From positions 121-64,120 of the forward strand of contig JAYEGY010000049.1 of NCBI GenBank assembly GCA_034659275.1: a DNA stretch of 64,000 nt, read 5' to 3'. Made by a program: the position numbers and the translations under genes. The stretch is from Bacteroidota bacterium. Lineage in GTDB: Bacteria; Bacteroidota; Bacteroidia; Bacteroidales; VadinHA17. The notes beneath the pieces are model-generated. The model searched no databases, was not told where the DNA came from, and saw nothing but the letters and a program-made list of their open reading frames with translations. This document shows positions 50,543-59,150 of the stretch, piece by piece; within the stretch, counting starts at the first letter, position 1; every line of letters begins with the position of its first letter.

Positions 50543-51694
50543 TCAGAAACTGTACTTCATCCTTAAATAAACCAGGTTCATCCTGGTTCGTTCATCATTC
50601 AGTTCAGCATTGAAATATTGCCATATAAATGAGAAATCAAGGTTTTCTGCCAGTGATATATCCGCGCCTGGGCCTGCATAAAATCCATCGAGTCCGGGAT
50701 ACCAAATAGCTGACAGGCTGAGCTTAAACAGGGGTGTCACGGGGTATGTCACGCTTCCAAATAATGAAAATTCCGAGAACGCCAGGTCTTTTGCTGACAG
50801 GTTTTCGGAATAAAAATCATTGAAACTGCTGAATGTAAGAGGTTCATTGCAATACATTGCCTGTAACTGCAACATGCCTGTTCCGGAGAATGCACGATCG
50901 AAGCCTATTGTAAACAGGCCTGTTCCCGTAGTATCGGAAAAATTATCTTTTGGCTGGAACCAGCTTACCTCACCTCTGAATGAAGTGCTTCCTATAGCTC
51001 CTGACCAGCCTGTGCCAAAAACAATATCTTCATTGTCGACCATTCCCGCCAAAAACTGTATATCGTATCCCCATTTATTAAACCTGTACAAGCCTGCAAG
51101 TGTAAGATCTTCTTCACTGTTCATGGCTGCTGCCACCTCAATGGTGGAAGAAAAACTGGGATACACCTGTAATCTGACGGCATCACTTCCCGGCCTTTCG
51201 GGGTAATCAATATCAAAATAGGAATATGCATTGAAAATATCATTGGGATTCCATACAAAGGTCTGGCCCCAGTTTATCCTCTGGCGACCCGCCTTCAATT
51301 GAACGGGTCCCATTGCAATATCGATCCAGAAACGATCAATCCTGCTGTTCAGAATAAAGGAATTTTTATTGAAAATATTTGTTGCAAGATCCACTAAACC
51401 ATTGTCTGCAGCGAGTCTGGAGGCATAGGTCGGATCCAGTTTTATCATATCACCCGTAAAAAAACGGTTTCTTAACTCCAGTGCAAAAGTCACCTTTGAC
51501 CCGGCATACAGCCTGAAATTTAACCTGTTATGTATCAGGTTATCATTTATCCAGTCTCCTTCCACTTCTTCAAAGATCATGCTCTGCAGATTACTTACAT
51601 AACCGTTTAAACTTACCGGTGATTGTTGGTTCTGCCCTTTTGCTGCAGGCAGAGTAAGAATGAATACCATCAACAGGATGCTTAATATCCTCAT
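50543..51694 (-). CDS. Probable outer-membrane beta-barrel protein
   Basis: Signal peptide; GRQRINWG..FVWNP.D.F, terminal KYSF. Confidence 0.75.
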   Translation of the reverse strand: MRILSILLMVFILTLPAAKGQNQQSPVSLNGYVSNLQSMIFEEVEGDWINDNLIHNRLNFRLYAGSKVTFALELRNRFFTGDMIKLDPTYASRLAADNGLVDLATNIFNKNSFILNSRIDRFWIDIAMGPVQLKAGRQRINWGQTFVWNPNDIFNAYSYFDIDYPERPGSDAVRLQVYPSFSSTIEVAAAMNSEEDLTLAGLYRFNKWGYDIQFLAGMVDNEDIVFGTGWSGAIGSTSFRGEVSWFQPKDNFSDTTGTGLFTIGFDRAFSGTGMLQLQAMYCNEPLTFSSFNDFYSENLSAKDLAFSEFSLFGSVTYPVTPLFKLSLSAIWYPGLDGFYAGPGADISLAENLDFSFIWQYFNAELNDERTRMNLVYLRMKYSF

Positions 51695-51700
51695 AATACT

Positions 51701-52393
51701 CTACTTTCTTTTCCTTATTTCGTCAGATGCCACTTTCCCGTCTTCAAGGGTTATCACTCTCCTTGCTTTTTTCACCACCCTGTTATCATGTGTTGAGAAA
51801 ATAAACGTGATATGCTCATCCTTGTTGAGCTTTTCCATAATATCAAGGAGAGTTTCGGTTGATTTTGTATCGAGGTTGGCGGTGGGCTCATCCGCCAGGA
51901 CGAATCTTGGCTTCGAGGCAAGCGCACGTGCCACTGCAACCCTTTGTTGCTGGCCTCCTGATAAGCGTGCCGGCCGGCTGTCAACACGGTCTTCCAGACC
52001 CACTGCCTTAAGCAGTTCCATTGTCCGTGCATCTCTTTTCTCCCTGGGCCATTTCTGGAGGTTCATTATGAACTCTATGTTTTCCTTTGCCGTAAGAACA
52101 GGGATCAGGTTGTATGACTGGAAAACAAATCCTATATTTTTCATCCTGAAATCGATGATAGCTGATGATTTTAAGGTTGACAGATCAGTGCCGTTAACCA
52201 ATATTCTTCCTTCAGTGGGCATGTCAAGTCCGCCTATCATATTTAGCAGCGTTGTTTTCCCGGAACCGGAGGGTCCTACTATGGCAGCAAATTCACTCTC
52301 CTCAACATCCAGGCTTACATCATTTACAGCATGTACTTTAACATGAGTGGTGTTGTAAACCTTATGCACATTATTTAACTCAAGTACTTTCAT
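51701..52393 (-). CDS. ABC ATP-binding protein (LolD/MacB type)
   Basis: GPSGSGKT, GFVFQ, LSGGQQQR, LADEPT, STH. Confidence 0.95.
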   Translation of the reverse strand: MKVLELNNVHKVYNTTHVKVHAVNDVSLDVEESEFAAIVGPSGSGKTTLLNMIGGLDMPTEGRILVNGTDLSTLKSSAIIDFRMKNIGFVFQSYNLIPVLTAKENIEFIMNLQKWPREKRDARTMELLKAVGLEDRVDSRPARLSGGQQQRVAVARALASKPRFVLADEPTANLDTKSTETLLDIMEKLNKDEHITFIFSTHDNRVVKKARRVITLEDGKVASDEIRKRK

Positions 52394-52421
52394 TGCTTAT
52401 TATTTAAATATTTATTATCAT

Positions 52422-53849
52422 CTATTCTGTTCTCAATGCTTCGGCCGGGTCGAGTTTCAGTGCCTTAATTGCGGGATAAACCGAAGACAGTACGCCGGTT
52501 ATTATTATTAAAACAGTTACTATCAGGAAAAAATTAATCCCTATATTGGGATAGATATGTACTGAAAAACCCATGGCTTCAAATCCTTCCTGCATTGACC
52601 CGAAGTTTATGCCTTTCGTAGATGTGATTTCAATTGCTATCCAGCTAACTATCATTCCGGCCACACCGCCGGTCAGCGACAGGAAGACCGATTCGGTCAT
52701 TATCATCCTGAATACTTTCTTCTTATTCATCCCGATAGCCGTCAGCATTCCAAGTTCCTTTGTTCTTTCAAGGACAACCATAAGCATGGTATTCACTATG
52801 CCGAATGCGAGAGCAGCAAGTATAATAAGCATGAAGAAACCATACATTGCTTCTGCGAACTCTGTCAGCATAGCCATATCCGGTTGGATTTCCTTCCAGT
52901 TCATCACCTCAAAGTCAGGGAACTCGGTCCTGAGCCTCCTGGTCATGGCTTTGGTATCATCAACATCTTTTAACCTTACTATGATCTTGTGAGCGGTGTT
53001 TTCAGGTAATTCAACCAGGCGTCTCAGTATGCCGTCACGGACAAATACATGGCTTGATTCAAATGCACTGTTTGGAATATCATAAATACCTCCAACCCTG
53101 AAAACACCACCTGTCTGGTGATTATTCACGTCAACAAAAGTCAGGGTGAACTTGGCTCTTTGCCTGAATGTTTGTGATTTTTCCAGTATCATCCTGCCGT
53201 ATTCCTTTTCCTGTTTAGCTGAAATAACTGATCTCATTGCTTTCTTAAAACTTCTCTCGTTGTCAAACCTCTCACCTGAGAATTGACTTATACCTGATAT
53301 AATTTCCTCGGGCAATTCCTCTGAGCGCAATTCTTCAATCACTTTTTCATTGATTTCGTACCTGATAATATTCAGGTTTTTTGCCAGTTCGAAGCCTACG
53401 TATGCCAGCTCCTCCCTCTCGGTGTCGCCAAAATAATCACCTGTACCGGGTTCAAGTTCTTTATATAAGCCGAATACTTCTTTTTCTTTTTCTGGATTTA
53501 TCCCTATGATGTTTACACCGGCACCTTTCCTGGCCGTGTTTGCCATGCCGACAACAAATAGTCTGTCGCATACAGCTTCCACCTCCTCCATCCCCGATAT
53601 CTGATCCTTTATTGACTTAACGTTCTCGATATTACATGCAAGGTCATTATTTGACCTGAAGTCTTTCTGGCTTATCTGTATATGAGCCAGTTCGTTTTCG
53701 AGCACTTCATCAACGCGCTGATCGACGGCTCCGTTCATTACGCCAACTGCAAATACTCCGGCAAAGATGCCCACCGTAACCGAGGCAATAACCACAAGAC
53801 TTCTTATCTTGTTTCGCCATACGTTTTTCCAGGCTGTTTTTGTAATCAT
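52422..53849 (-). CDS. ABC permease (MacB/FtsX family) with insert domain
   Basis: WKNVWRNK.R, NTMLM.V.ER..ELG.L.AIG, P..AL. Confidence 0.92.
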   Translation of the reverse strand: MITKTAWKNVWRNKIRSLVVIASVTVGIFAGVFAVGVMNGAVDQRVDEVLENELAHIQISQKDFRSNNDLACNIENVKSIKDQISGMEEVEAVCDRLFVVGMANTARKGAGVNIIGINPEKEKEVFGLYKELEPGTGDYFGDTEREELAYVGFELAKNLNIIRYEINEKVIEELRSEELPEEIISGISQFSGERFDNERSFKKAMRSVISAKQEKEYGRMILEKSQTFRQRAKFTLTFVDVNNHQTGGVFRVGGIYDIPNSAFESSHVFVRDGILRRLVELPENTAHKIIVRLKDVDDTKAMTRRLRTEFPDFEVMNWKEIQPDMAMLTEFAEAMYGFFMLIILAALAFGIVNTMLMVVLERTKELGMLTAIGMNKKKVFRMIMTESVFLSLTGGVAGMIVSWIAIEITSTKGINFGSMQEGFEAMGFSVHIYPNIGINFFLIVTVLIIITGVLSSVYPAIKALKLDPAEALRTE

Positions 53850-53862
53850 CTTAGTATTTATT

Positions 53863-55275
53863 TTATGCTTTGAGTGCGTTCACTTCTTTCATCTTCATTA
53901 TTTTGACAACAGGATATATTGCTGCTACAAGTACTATTATTGCAACAACCAGTGATTGCGACAGGAAGTAATTATCAATCCACTGGAATGCCATAACGGG
54001 TTCGAATCCATAATCTTCCCATATTTTTGCCAGATTGGCTGAAAAATGTATGGGATGGTAATACCCGTAAATTATTGTTGGTACGGCCACTGCCACACCT
54101 GCCAGTATGCCAAGCAATCCAATGAAAATCAATTCGTAAACCATCACCCCGGCCATTTTCGTTTTCTGCATGCCGATGGCAATAAGCACACCAGTTTCCC
54201 TTCTCCTCTCTGCTGTCATCATAAGTACGGTGCCAAATACACCAAAGGCAATCACCAGGTACAGGATGCCGATCATTATCATACCGCTCTTGTTGTCTGC
54301 TTCCAACTGCTGTACAAGGGTCTCATTCATTTCTTTCCATCCCAGGACGCGGTATGGACTTTCAAGCTTTGAATCAAGGCGTTGAATGGTGTTTTCAATT
54401 GCATCATTATCGTTGTTCTTCAGATGCACCACCAATGAAGTTAACATACCATCAGCATAGTACAAGGTCTGGCAGACATCCACAGGCAGGTAAACGATTT
54501 TATTGTCAATATCCGGGTTTGGAACACTTACTATCCCCTTAATTACGTATTTACCTGCCGCGGTATGTCCATGATAAGCCTGCCCAATCAGGATAATTGT
54601 ATCTCCCCGCTCCAGTCCCAGGTAGCGGGACAGCCTGTCACCAACGAGGGCCGCATTCTCCCCCATGCTGAAATAGGCATTATCAACACCTGCATATTTT
54701 TCAAACAACGGCATGAGCAATTCTTCATCATCCTTCTTGATCCCGAGGTCAACCTGCAGCCTTCCGTCGGAAGAATAAGCATTACCCTTGAAAAGATCCA
54801 TGTTTTTTGCCAGGTAAGCGGGGATGTCTTCAGATTTAATAGCTGTTATTGCTTCCTCAGTCAGACGGTATTTAACCAGTTTGTCTTCCACATCCGACAA
54901 TAGTTTTTCCTTTTCAGGGTCGATACCCATAACCATTACTCCCTTTGAACGGGATCCACTTGATGCAAGGGCAAAGGACTCGAAACGGGGAATGACATCC
55001 TCGACGTTCTTATCATCTGTTATTTTACTCCTCAGCTCGGGTGTATTCCTGATTACATTATCAACTACTTTATTTTCCCAGAACTCTTCATCCTGAACCT
55101 GGATATAGCCCGAGTATGATTCTATTACATTCTTATACATCGAATCATAGGTCCCAAGCTGTATTGATCTCATTACTAGAGCAAAGAATACTGCAAAGAA
55201 TACTGACGATGCCGTAATAATCGTCCTTCGCTTATTCCGCCAGAGATTTCGCCAGGCCATTATATAATTTTTCAT
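53863..55275 (-). CDS. ABC permease (MacB/FtsX family) with insert domain
   Basis: AWRNLWRNKRRT, ERRRE.G.L.AIG. Confidence 0.92.
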   Translation of the reverse strand: MKNYIMAWRNLWRNKRRTIITASSVFFAVFFALVMRSIQLGTYDSMYKNVIESYSGYIQVQDEEFWENKVVDNVIRNTPELRSKITDDKNVEDVIPRFESFALASSGSRSKGVMVMGIDPEKEKLLSDVEDKLVKYRLTEEAITAIKSEDIPAYLAKNMDLFKGNAYSSDGRLQVDLGIKKDDEELLMPLFEKYAGVDNAYFSMGENAALVGDRLSRYLGLERGDTIILIGQAYHGHTAAGKYVIKGIVSVPNPDIDNKIVYLPVDVCQTLYYADGMLTSLVVHLKNNDNDAIENTIQRLDSKLESPYRVLGWKEMNETLVQQLEADNKSGMIMIGILYLVIAFGVFGTVLMMTAERRRETGVLIAIGMQKTKMAGVMVYELIFIGLLGILAGVAVAVPTIIYGYYHPIHFSANLAKIWEDYGFEPVMAFQWIDNYFLSQSLVVAIIVLVAAIYPVVKIMKMKEVNALKA

Positions 55276-55293
55276 CTTTATATATTTTTTGAA

Positions 55294-56043
55294 CTATCTC
55301 ACCCTCTTCAGGTTTTGCTGTGAGAAGAAACCATCTTCTATAGCTATATTGAATTCAATCTCCATTATTTCCACCACGGTCTTATATCCTTCTTCGTCTT
55401 CAGGTATTATTTCGAGTATGGTGGGAATAAGCCTTCCATCCATAGTTTTTATGTTTTTTCCAAGTTCTGTTCTCACGAGGTAACCGTCTTCGTCATAAAG
55501 TTCAGCCTTCAGGAAGAGGTAATCCTCTTTATCGATCCATCTTATCTGGTGGCCCCAGATTACTGCAGCGTCTTCCCTGGGCGTCATTTTTATGCGGTAA
55601 CACAGTCGGTCTTCGATCTCTTCCTCGCCTGTAATTTCGTGGGTATAATCCTCCACAACAGATGATTCGTTAAGAATATCCTCATTCGTATAATCAGATC
55701 CCATCCATCCCTGTGACATCATGGAGGGAGGCAGCTTGATCATCCTGTCTATCGTGGGATTCCAACTCCACATCTCTGACTCCCTTTTCAGATAAGCCTG
55801 CCCTTTGTCCCTGGCAGGGGAAGTAATAAGGGTAAGTGCATAGTCTGTGCCCTTTGTCCAGTTCTTGAATTCCAGTGTCCTTTCCCATTCGGGACGGATA
55901 ATTGTCATTTTCATAATACTGTAACTCGATTCCTCGCCATTTATCTTCTCATTTGCCCTTTTCACTATCTCACTTGCATCCTGGGCCCCTATAAATGAAC
56001 ACGTACAAAAGATCAGTAAAAATGTAAATAGTCCTTTTTTCAT
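55294..56043 (-). CDS. Outer-membrane lipoprotein-sorting (LolA-like) protein
   Basis: Signal peptide; WMGSDYTNED, FF...NL. Confidence 0.85.
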   Translation of the reverse strand: MKKGLFTFLLIFCTCSFIGAQDASEIVKRANEKINGEESSYSIMKMTIIRPEWERTLEFKNWTKGTDYALTLITSPARDKGQAYLKRESEMWSWNPTIDRMIKLPPSMMSQGWMGSDYTNEDILNESSVVEDYTHEITGEEEIEDRLCYRIKMTPREDAAVIWGHQIRWIDKEDYLFLKAELYDEDGYLVRTELGKNIKTMDGRLIPTILEIIPEDEEGYKTVVEIMEIEFNIAIEDGFFSQQNLKRVR

Positions 56044-56054
56044 AATGTATTTGG

Positions 56055-56627
56055 TTATCTGTATTTTTTCAATATTCTCTCTTTTATTTTCTCTACGTGG
56101 AATATATCAGGATATGCAAGATAGTTTATACCTATGCCATCAAGTAAAGCTCCGAAGATAACGGCTTCGGTATAAGGATCCTCGCATCCCCGTGATTCAA
56201 AATACGATTTCAATAAACCAATGTAGTTACCTATTACTTTTGCAAGTCTTTCTTCCACAAGCTTTAATACCGGTTCCTGCAGAAAAAGTGTGAAATAAAG
56301 TCTCCAGAAACAGGTGTCCTCATTCAGTAATTTAAAATATCGGTCAAGCAGAAATTCCATTTCATCGCCTGTGAGCACCCCATCCTTATTCGGATCCATC
56401 AGCTTATCAATATTCTCAAGACCGGTATATATTATAGCCTTAATAAGATCTTCCTTACTCTCGAAATAATTGTACAACAAACCCTTTGATATCTCTGCTT
56501 TTTTGGCAATACTGCTTATTGTGGTTCCATGAAAACCATTTGTTGCGAACAATTCAAGAGCCGTACGCATTATCAGGGCTTTCTTTTCCTCCCTTATTCC
56601 TTCAAGCTGCTGTTTCGTTCTGGGCAT
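56055..56627 (-). CDS. TetR/AcrR family regulator
   Basis: ALELFA..GF..TTI..IA..A.ISKGLLYNYF.SKE; start MPRT at 56627 (alternative 56639). Confidence 0.93.
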   Translation of the reverse strand: MPRTKQQLEGIREEKKALIMRTALELFATNGFHGTTISSIAKKAEISKGLLYNYFESKEDLIKAIIYTGLENIDKLMDPNKDGVLTGDEMEFLLDRYFKLLNEDTCFWRLYFTLFLQEPVLKLVEERLAKVIGNYIGLLKSYFESRGCEDPYTEAVIFGALLDGIGINYLAYPDIFHVEKIKERILKKYR

Positions 56628-56635
56628 ATCGTTTT

Positions 56636-56698
56636 TCATTAAACGTTCAGTCATTAATTCATTAAACAAAATACCGTTTTTGAATGAACGGTCAGTCA
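56636..56698. promoter_or_regulatory. Two candidate TetR operators
   Basis: TGAATGAACGGTCAGTCA (56681-56698, 14/18 self-complementary) and TCATTAAACGTTCAGTCA (56636-56653) share AACG(G/T)TCAGTCA. Confidence 0.7.
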
Positions 56699-56729
56699 AA
56701 TATACTAATTTTAAAATGTAGCCTCCAAA
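56697..56729 (-). promoter_or_regulatory. Housekeeping promoter of the TetR-LolA-ABC operon
   Basis: TTTG (56729-56726), 21-bp spacer, TATATTTG (56704-56697), overlapping the operator. Confidence 0.75.
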
Positions 56730-56769
56730 TTTTTTGTGTTAATTTTTAGTTAATACCTTTTTTATAGAA

Positions 56770-57210
56770 TAATGGAGTGATGGATTAATGGAATAATAGG
56801 GGTTTTATTAATTTATGACACTATTAAATTTCATATAATCGGTCTCTTTATTCTAAATCCTGTTGGTGTTGATCTCCAGATCAACGCCTCATGATGGGGT
56901 GGGTCTTTATGCCTCCTATGTCGCGGTTCTACTTCTGTCCCCGACTTTGTCAGACGAAGACTTTGGGCAAAGTCTGAAGCTCGAAGAGCGTAGGTGGAAG
57001 AACCGTGCCGCGGGACTTCGTCGAGCTTGTAAAATTTCGTTTGCTTTCGGTAAATTAAGTTTCCTCGGTTCCATCATTTCAGTATTGCTCGCTCCCACAT
57101 GCCACAATCACCATCCGCTCGCGAGCTCGTCACCCTCACTTGTTTTCAGCAAGTTCAGGTTTCTCGGTTCCATTTTCCCCATATTCCATTTTAATGAACC
57201 CCACCCCCTC
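56770..57210. repeat. Mosaic of nested REP-like and simple-repeat modules
   Basis: TGGAAT-type arms, hairpin ggtgttgatct/agatcaacgcc, agacttt/aaagtct hairpin, two ctcggttccat copies, and the 60-bp repeat copy B (57077-57138). Confidence 0.7.
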
Positions 57211-57319
57211 TTATCCCCTGTATCGTCAAAATCCAGCAACACAATAATATTGGACCTTTCATGTTATATTTTTGAAAGATTTTTTATCTTTAGCAGGTTA
57301 TATACAAAGAATTTAAGCA

Positions 57320-58960
57320 ATGGCTAAGCTCAAACTGTCACTTGGATTAATCCCCTCAACATCAAAGATAGAGCAGGAAGAAAATGCCCTTATCGCAGAA
57401 TATGAAAAACTGAAAAAATTCAGTGAGTCAGACGAACTGAAGCACTTTAATGAACTGGATGTTAAGGTTAATTCCACCGATTTCAAAACCAGGAAGCAAC
57501 ATATTGAAAACCTCCGGTTCAAAGATTCTGAAGAACATAACAAAGAGCAGGAGTTTAAGCGTCTTAACAAGAGCAAGGACCTGGTGATGTATTTCAAAAC
57601 ACGCGACAGTGTGGATTTGAAGAAATACCAGGAGCTCGAAGGTTCGGACAAGATCAAACGTTTTGAAGAACTCAAAAAAACAGTTAATTCAGCTGCCTTT
57701 AAGGAAAAGCAAAAAATGAAGCCCATAACCTTCAAGAGCACTGAAGAATACAGCAAGTTCAAAGAATACAAAAAGCTGAAGTCCGATTCAAACGTTAAAG
57801 CATATAACAAGCTCTTGAAAAAGGGGAAGAAGGAAGAAGCCGAAAAATTGGTTGGATTAGCCAGCATAAAAAGGTATCTCGCCCTGAGTGAATTTATCAA
57901 TTCCGATGCCTTCCTTGAAAAAAAGAATATGAAGCCAATCACTTTCAAGGATACTGATGAATATAAATTGCTGCAGGAATACAAAAGCCTTAAAAACGAT
58001 CCCGATATTAAATTCTTTTACAAGTTTAAGAACTCGAAAGAACTCGCCAACTATAAAAAGCTTGAAGGATCTCAGAAAGTATCCAGGCACGAGGAACTTA
58101 AGAAATATCTCCAGACCGACGAGTTCAAAGAAAGGAAGGAATATCTGCTCGATAAGAAACGATATGAAAAATCCGATCTCTATAAGCTTGAGCAGGAATA
58201 TGAAAAGCTTAAAAACAGTGATGATATCGTATGGTATTTCAAGGTTAAAAACTCAGACAAATTCGACTTCATTAAACACAGGGAGCTTACTTTCAGTGAT
58301 GAATTTGATGAAAACTCCCTTGATACAAAGAAATGGCTGACCAATCATTACTGGGGCGACCGGCTCTTGAATGACAGGTATTCACTGGAAACAGATCTTC
58401 ATTGCTATACTGAATCGGAAAATTTTGATGTGGGCAGCAGCATACTGAGCATAAGCACCAGGCCGCAGAAAAAAGAAGGTAAGGTATGGAATCCTGCCCT
58501 GGGCGGTTTCAGGAACAAAGAATTTAATTACACCTCGGGCATCATAAACACCGGAAAAAGTTTCCGTCAGAAACACGGGATATTCCAGGCAAAGATAAAA
58601 CTGAACACAGCGATAGGCCCCAGGCATGCTTTCTATTTGCTTGCCGACAAGGTAACCCCCCATATCGATGTTTGCCGCAGCGACAAGGGCAAGGTATGCA
58701 TGGATATCTTCACAAATGGTAACAGGTCGGCAAAAACTTCCATCGGTTCAAAATACGGAAGGGGCTTTTATATTTACACCCTTGAATGGACACCGAAGGC
58801 ACTTGTCTGGAAAATCAATGATTACGAGGTTTTCAGGCAGACGGCAAATATCCCCGATGAACCCATGTATATTAATTTTTCAGGAGGCCTCGACAAACCA
58901 ATGTCAGGATCCAGTTCCATGGAAATCGATTGGGTAAGGGTATACCAGTTTAAAAACTAA
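57320..58960 (+). CDS. GH16-fold protein with long Lys/Glu-rich repeat N-terminus; catalytic motif degenerate
   Basis: FSDEF....LD..KW, YTSG.I.T, FYIYTLEWTP..LVWKIND, PMY, MEIDWVRVYQ; ExDxxE position reads HIDVCR; no signal peptide. Confidence 0.8.
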   Translation: MAKLKLSLGLIPSTSKIEQEENALIAEYEKLKKFSESDELKHFNELDVKVNSTDFKTRKQHIENLRFKDSEEHNKEQEFKRLNKSKDLVMYFKTRDSVDLKKYQELEGSDKIKRFEELKKTVNSAAFKEKQKMKPITFKSTEEYSKFKEYKKLKSDSNVKAYNKLLKKGKKEEAEKLVGLASIKRYLALSEFINSDAFLEKKNMKPITFKDTDEYKLLQEYKSLKNDPDIKFFYKFKNSKELANYKKLEGSQKVSRHEELKKYLQTDEFKERKEYLLDKKRYEKSDLYKLEQEYEKLKNSDDIVWYFKVKNSDKFDFIKHRELTFSDEFDENSLDTKKWLTNHYWGDRLLNDRYSLETDLHCYTESENFDVGSSILSISTRPQKKEGKVWNPALGGFRNKEFNYTSGIINTGKSFRQKHGIFQAKIKLNTAIGPRHAFYLLADKVTPHIDVCRSDKGKVCMDIFTNGNRSAKTSIGSKYGRGFYIYTLEWTPKALVWKINDYEVFRQTANIPDEPMYINFSGGLDKPMSGSSSMEIDWVRVYQFKN

Positions 58961-58962
58961 TA

Positions 58963-59055
58963 GCAGGGTGCAGGGAGCATGGGGCAGGGAAAGAGCCTGA
59001 TTTTTTCTCACTCCCTGCCCCCTGCCCCCTGCTCCCTGCTCCCTGCTCCCTGCCC
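58963..59055. repeat. Inverted heptamer arrays (GCAGGGA/G and its complement); possible terminator
   Basis: gcagggtgcagggagcatggggcaggga ... ctccctgccccctgccccctgctccctgctccctgctccctgccc immediately after the stop codon. Confidence 0.8.
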
Positions 59056-59088
59056 AATACCCCTCTTCAACAACATCTCCATCCCACC

Positions 59089-59118
59089 TTTGTATATAAA
59101 AACAATTATGTAAGTTTG
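59089..59118 (+). promoter_or_regulatory. Housekeeping promoter for the M1 peptidase operon
   Basis: TTTG, 18-bp spacer, TAAGTTTG. Confidence 0.55.
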
Positions 59119-59150
59119 GTACGATAATAATTACATAAACAGATACCGAT

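Noticed and set aside
56863-57327. 154-aa ORF upstream of the GH16-like gene
   Set aside because: Made of palindromic repeat modules, starts at TTG and has no protein-like motifs
57313-57984. 223-aa antisense ORF
   Set aside because: Shadow of the Lys/Glu-rich repeat region on the opposite strand
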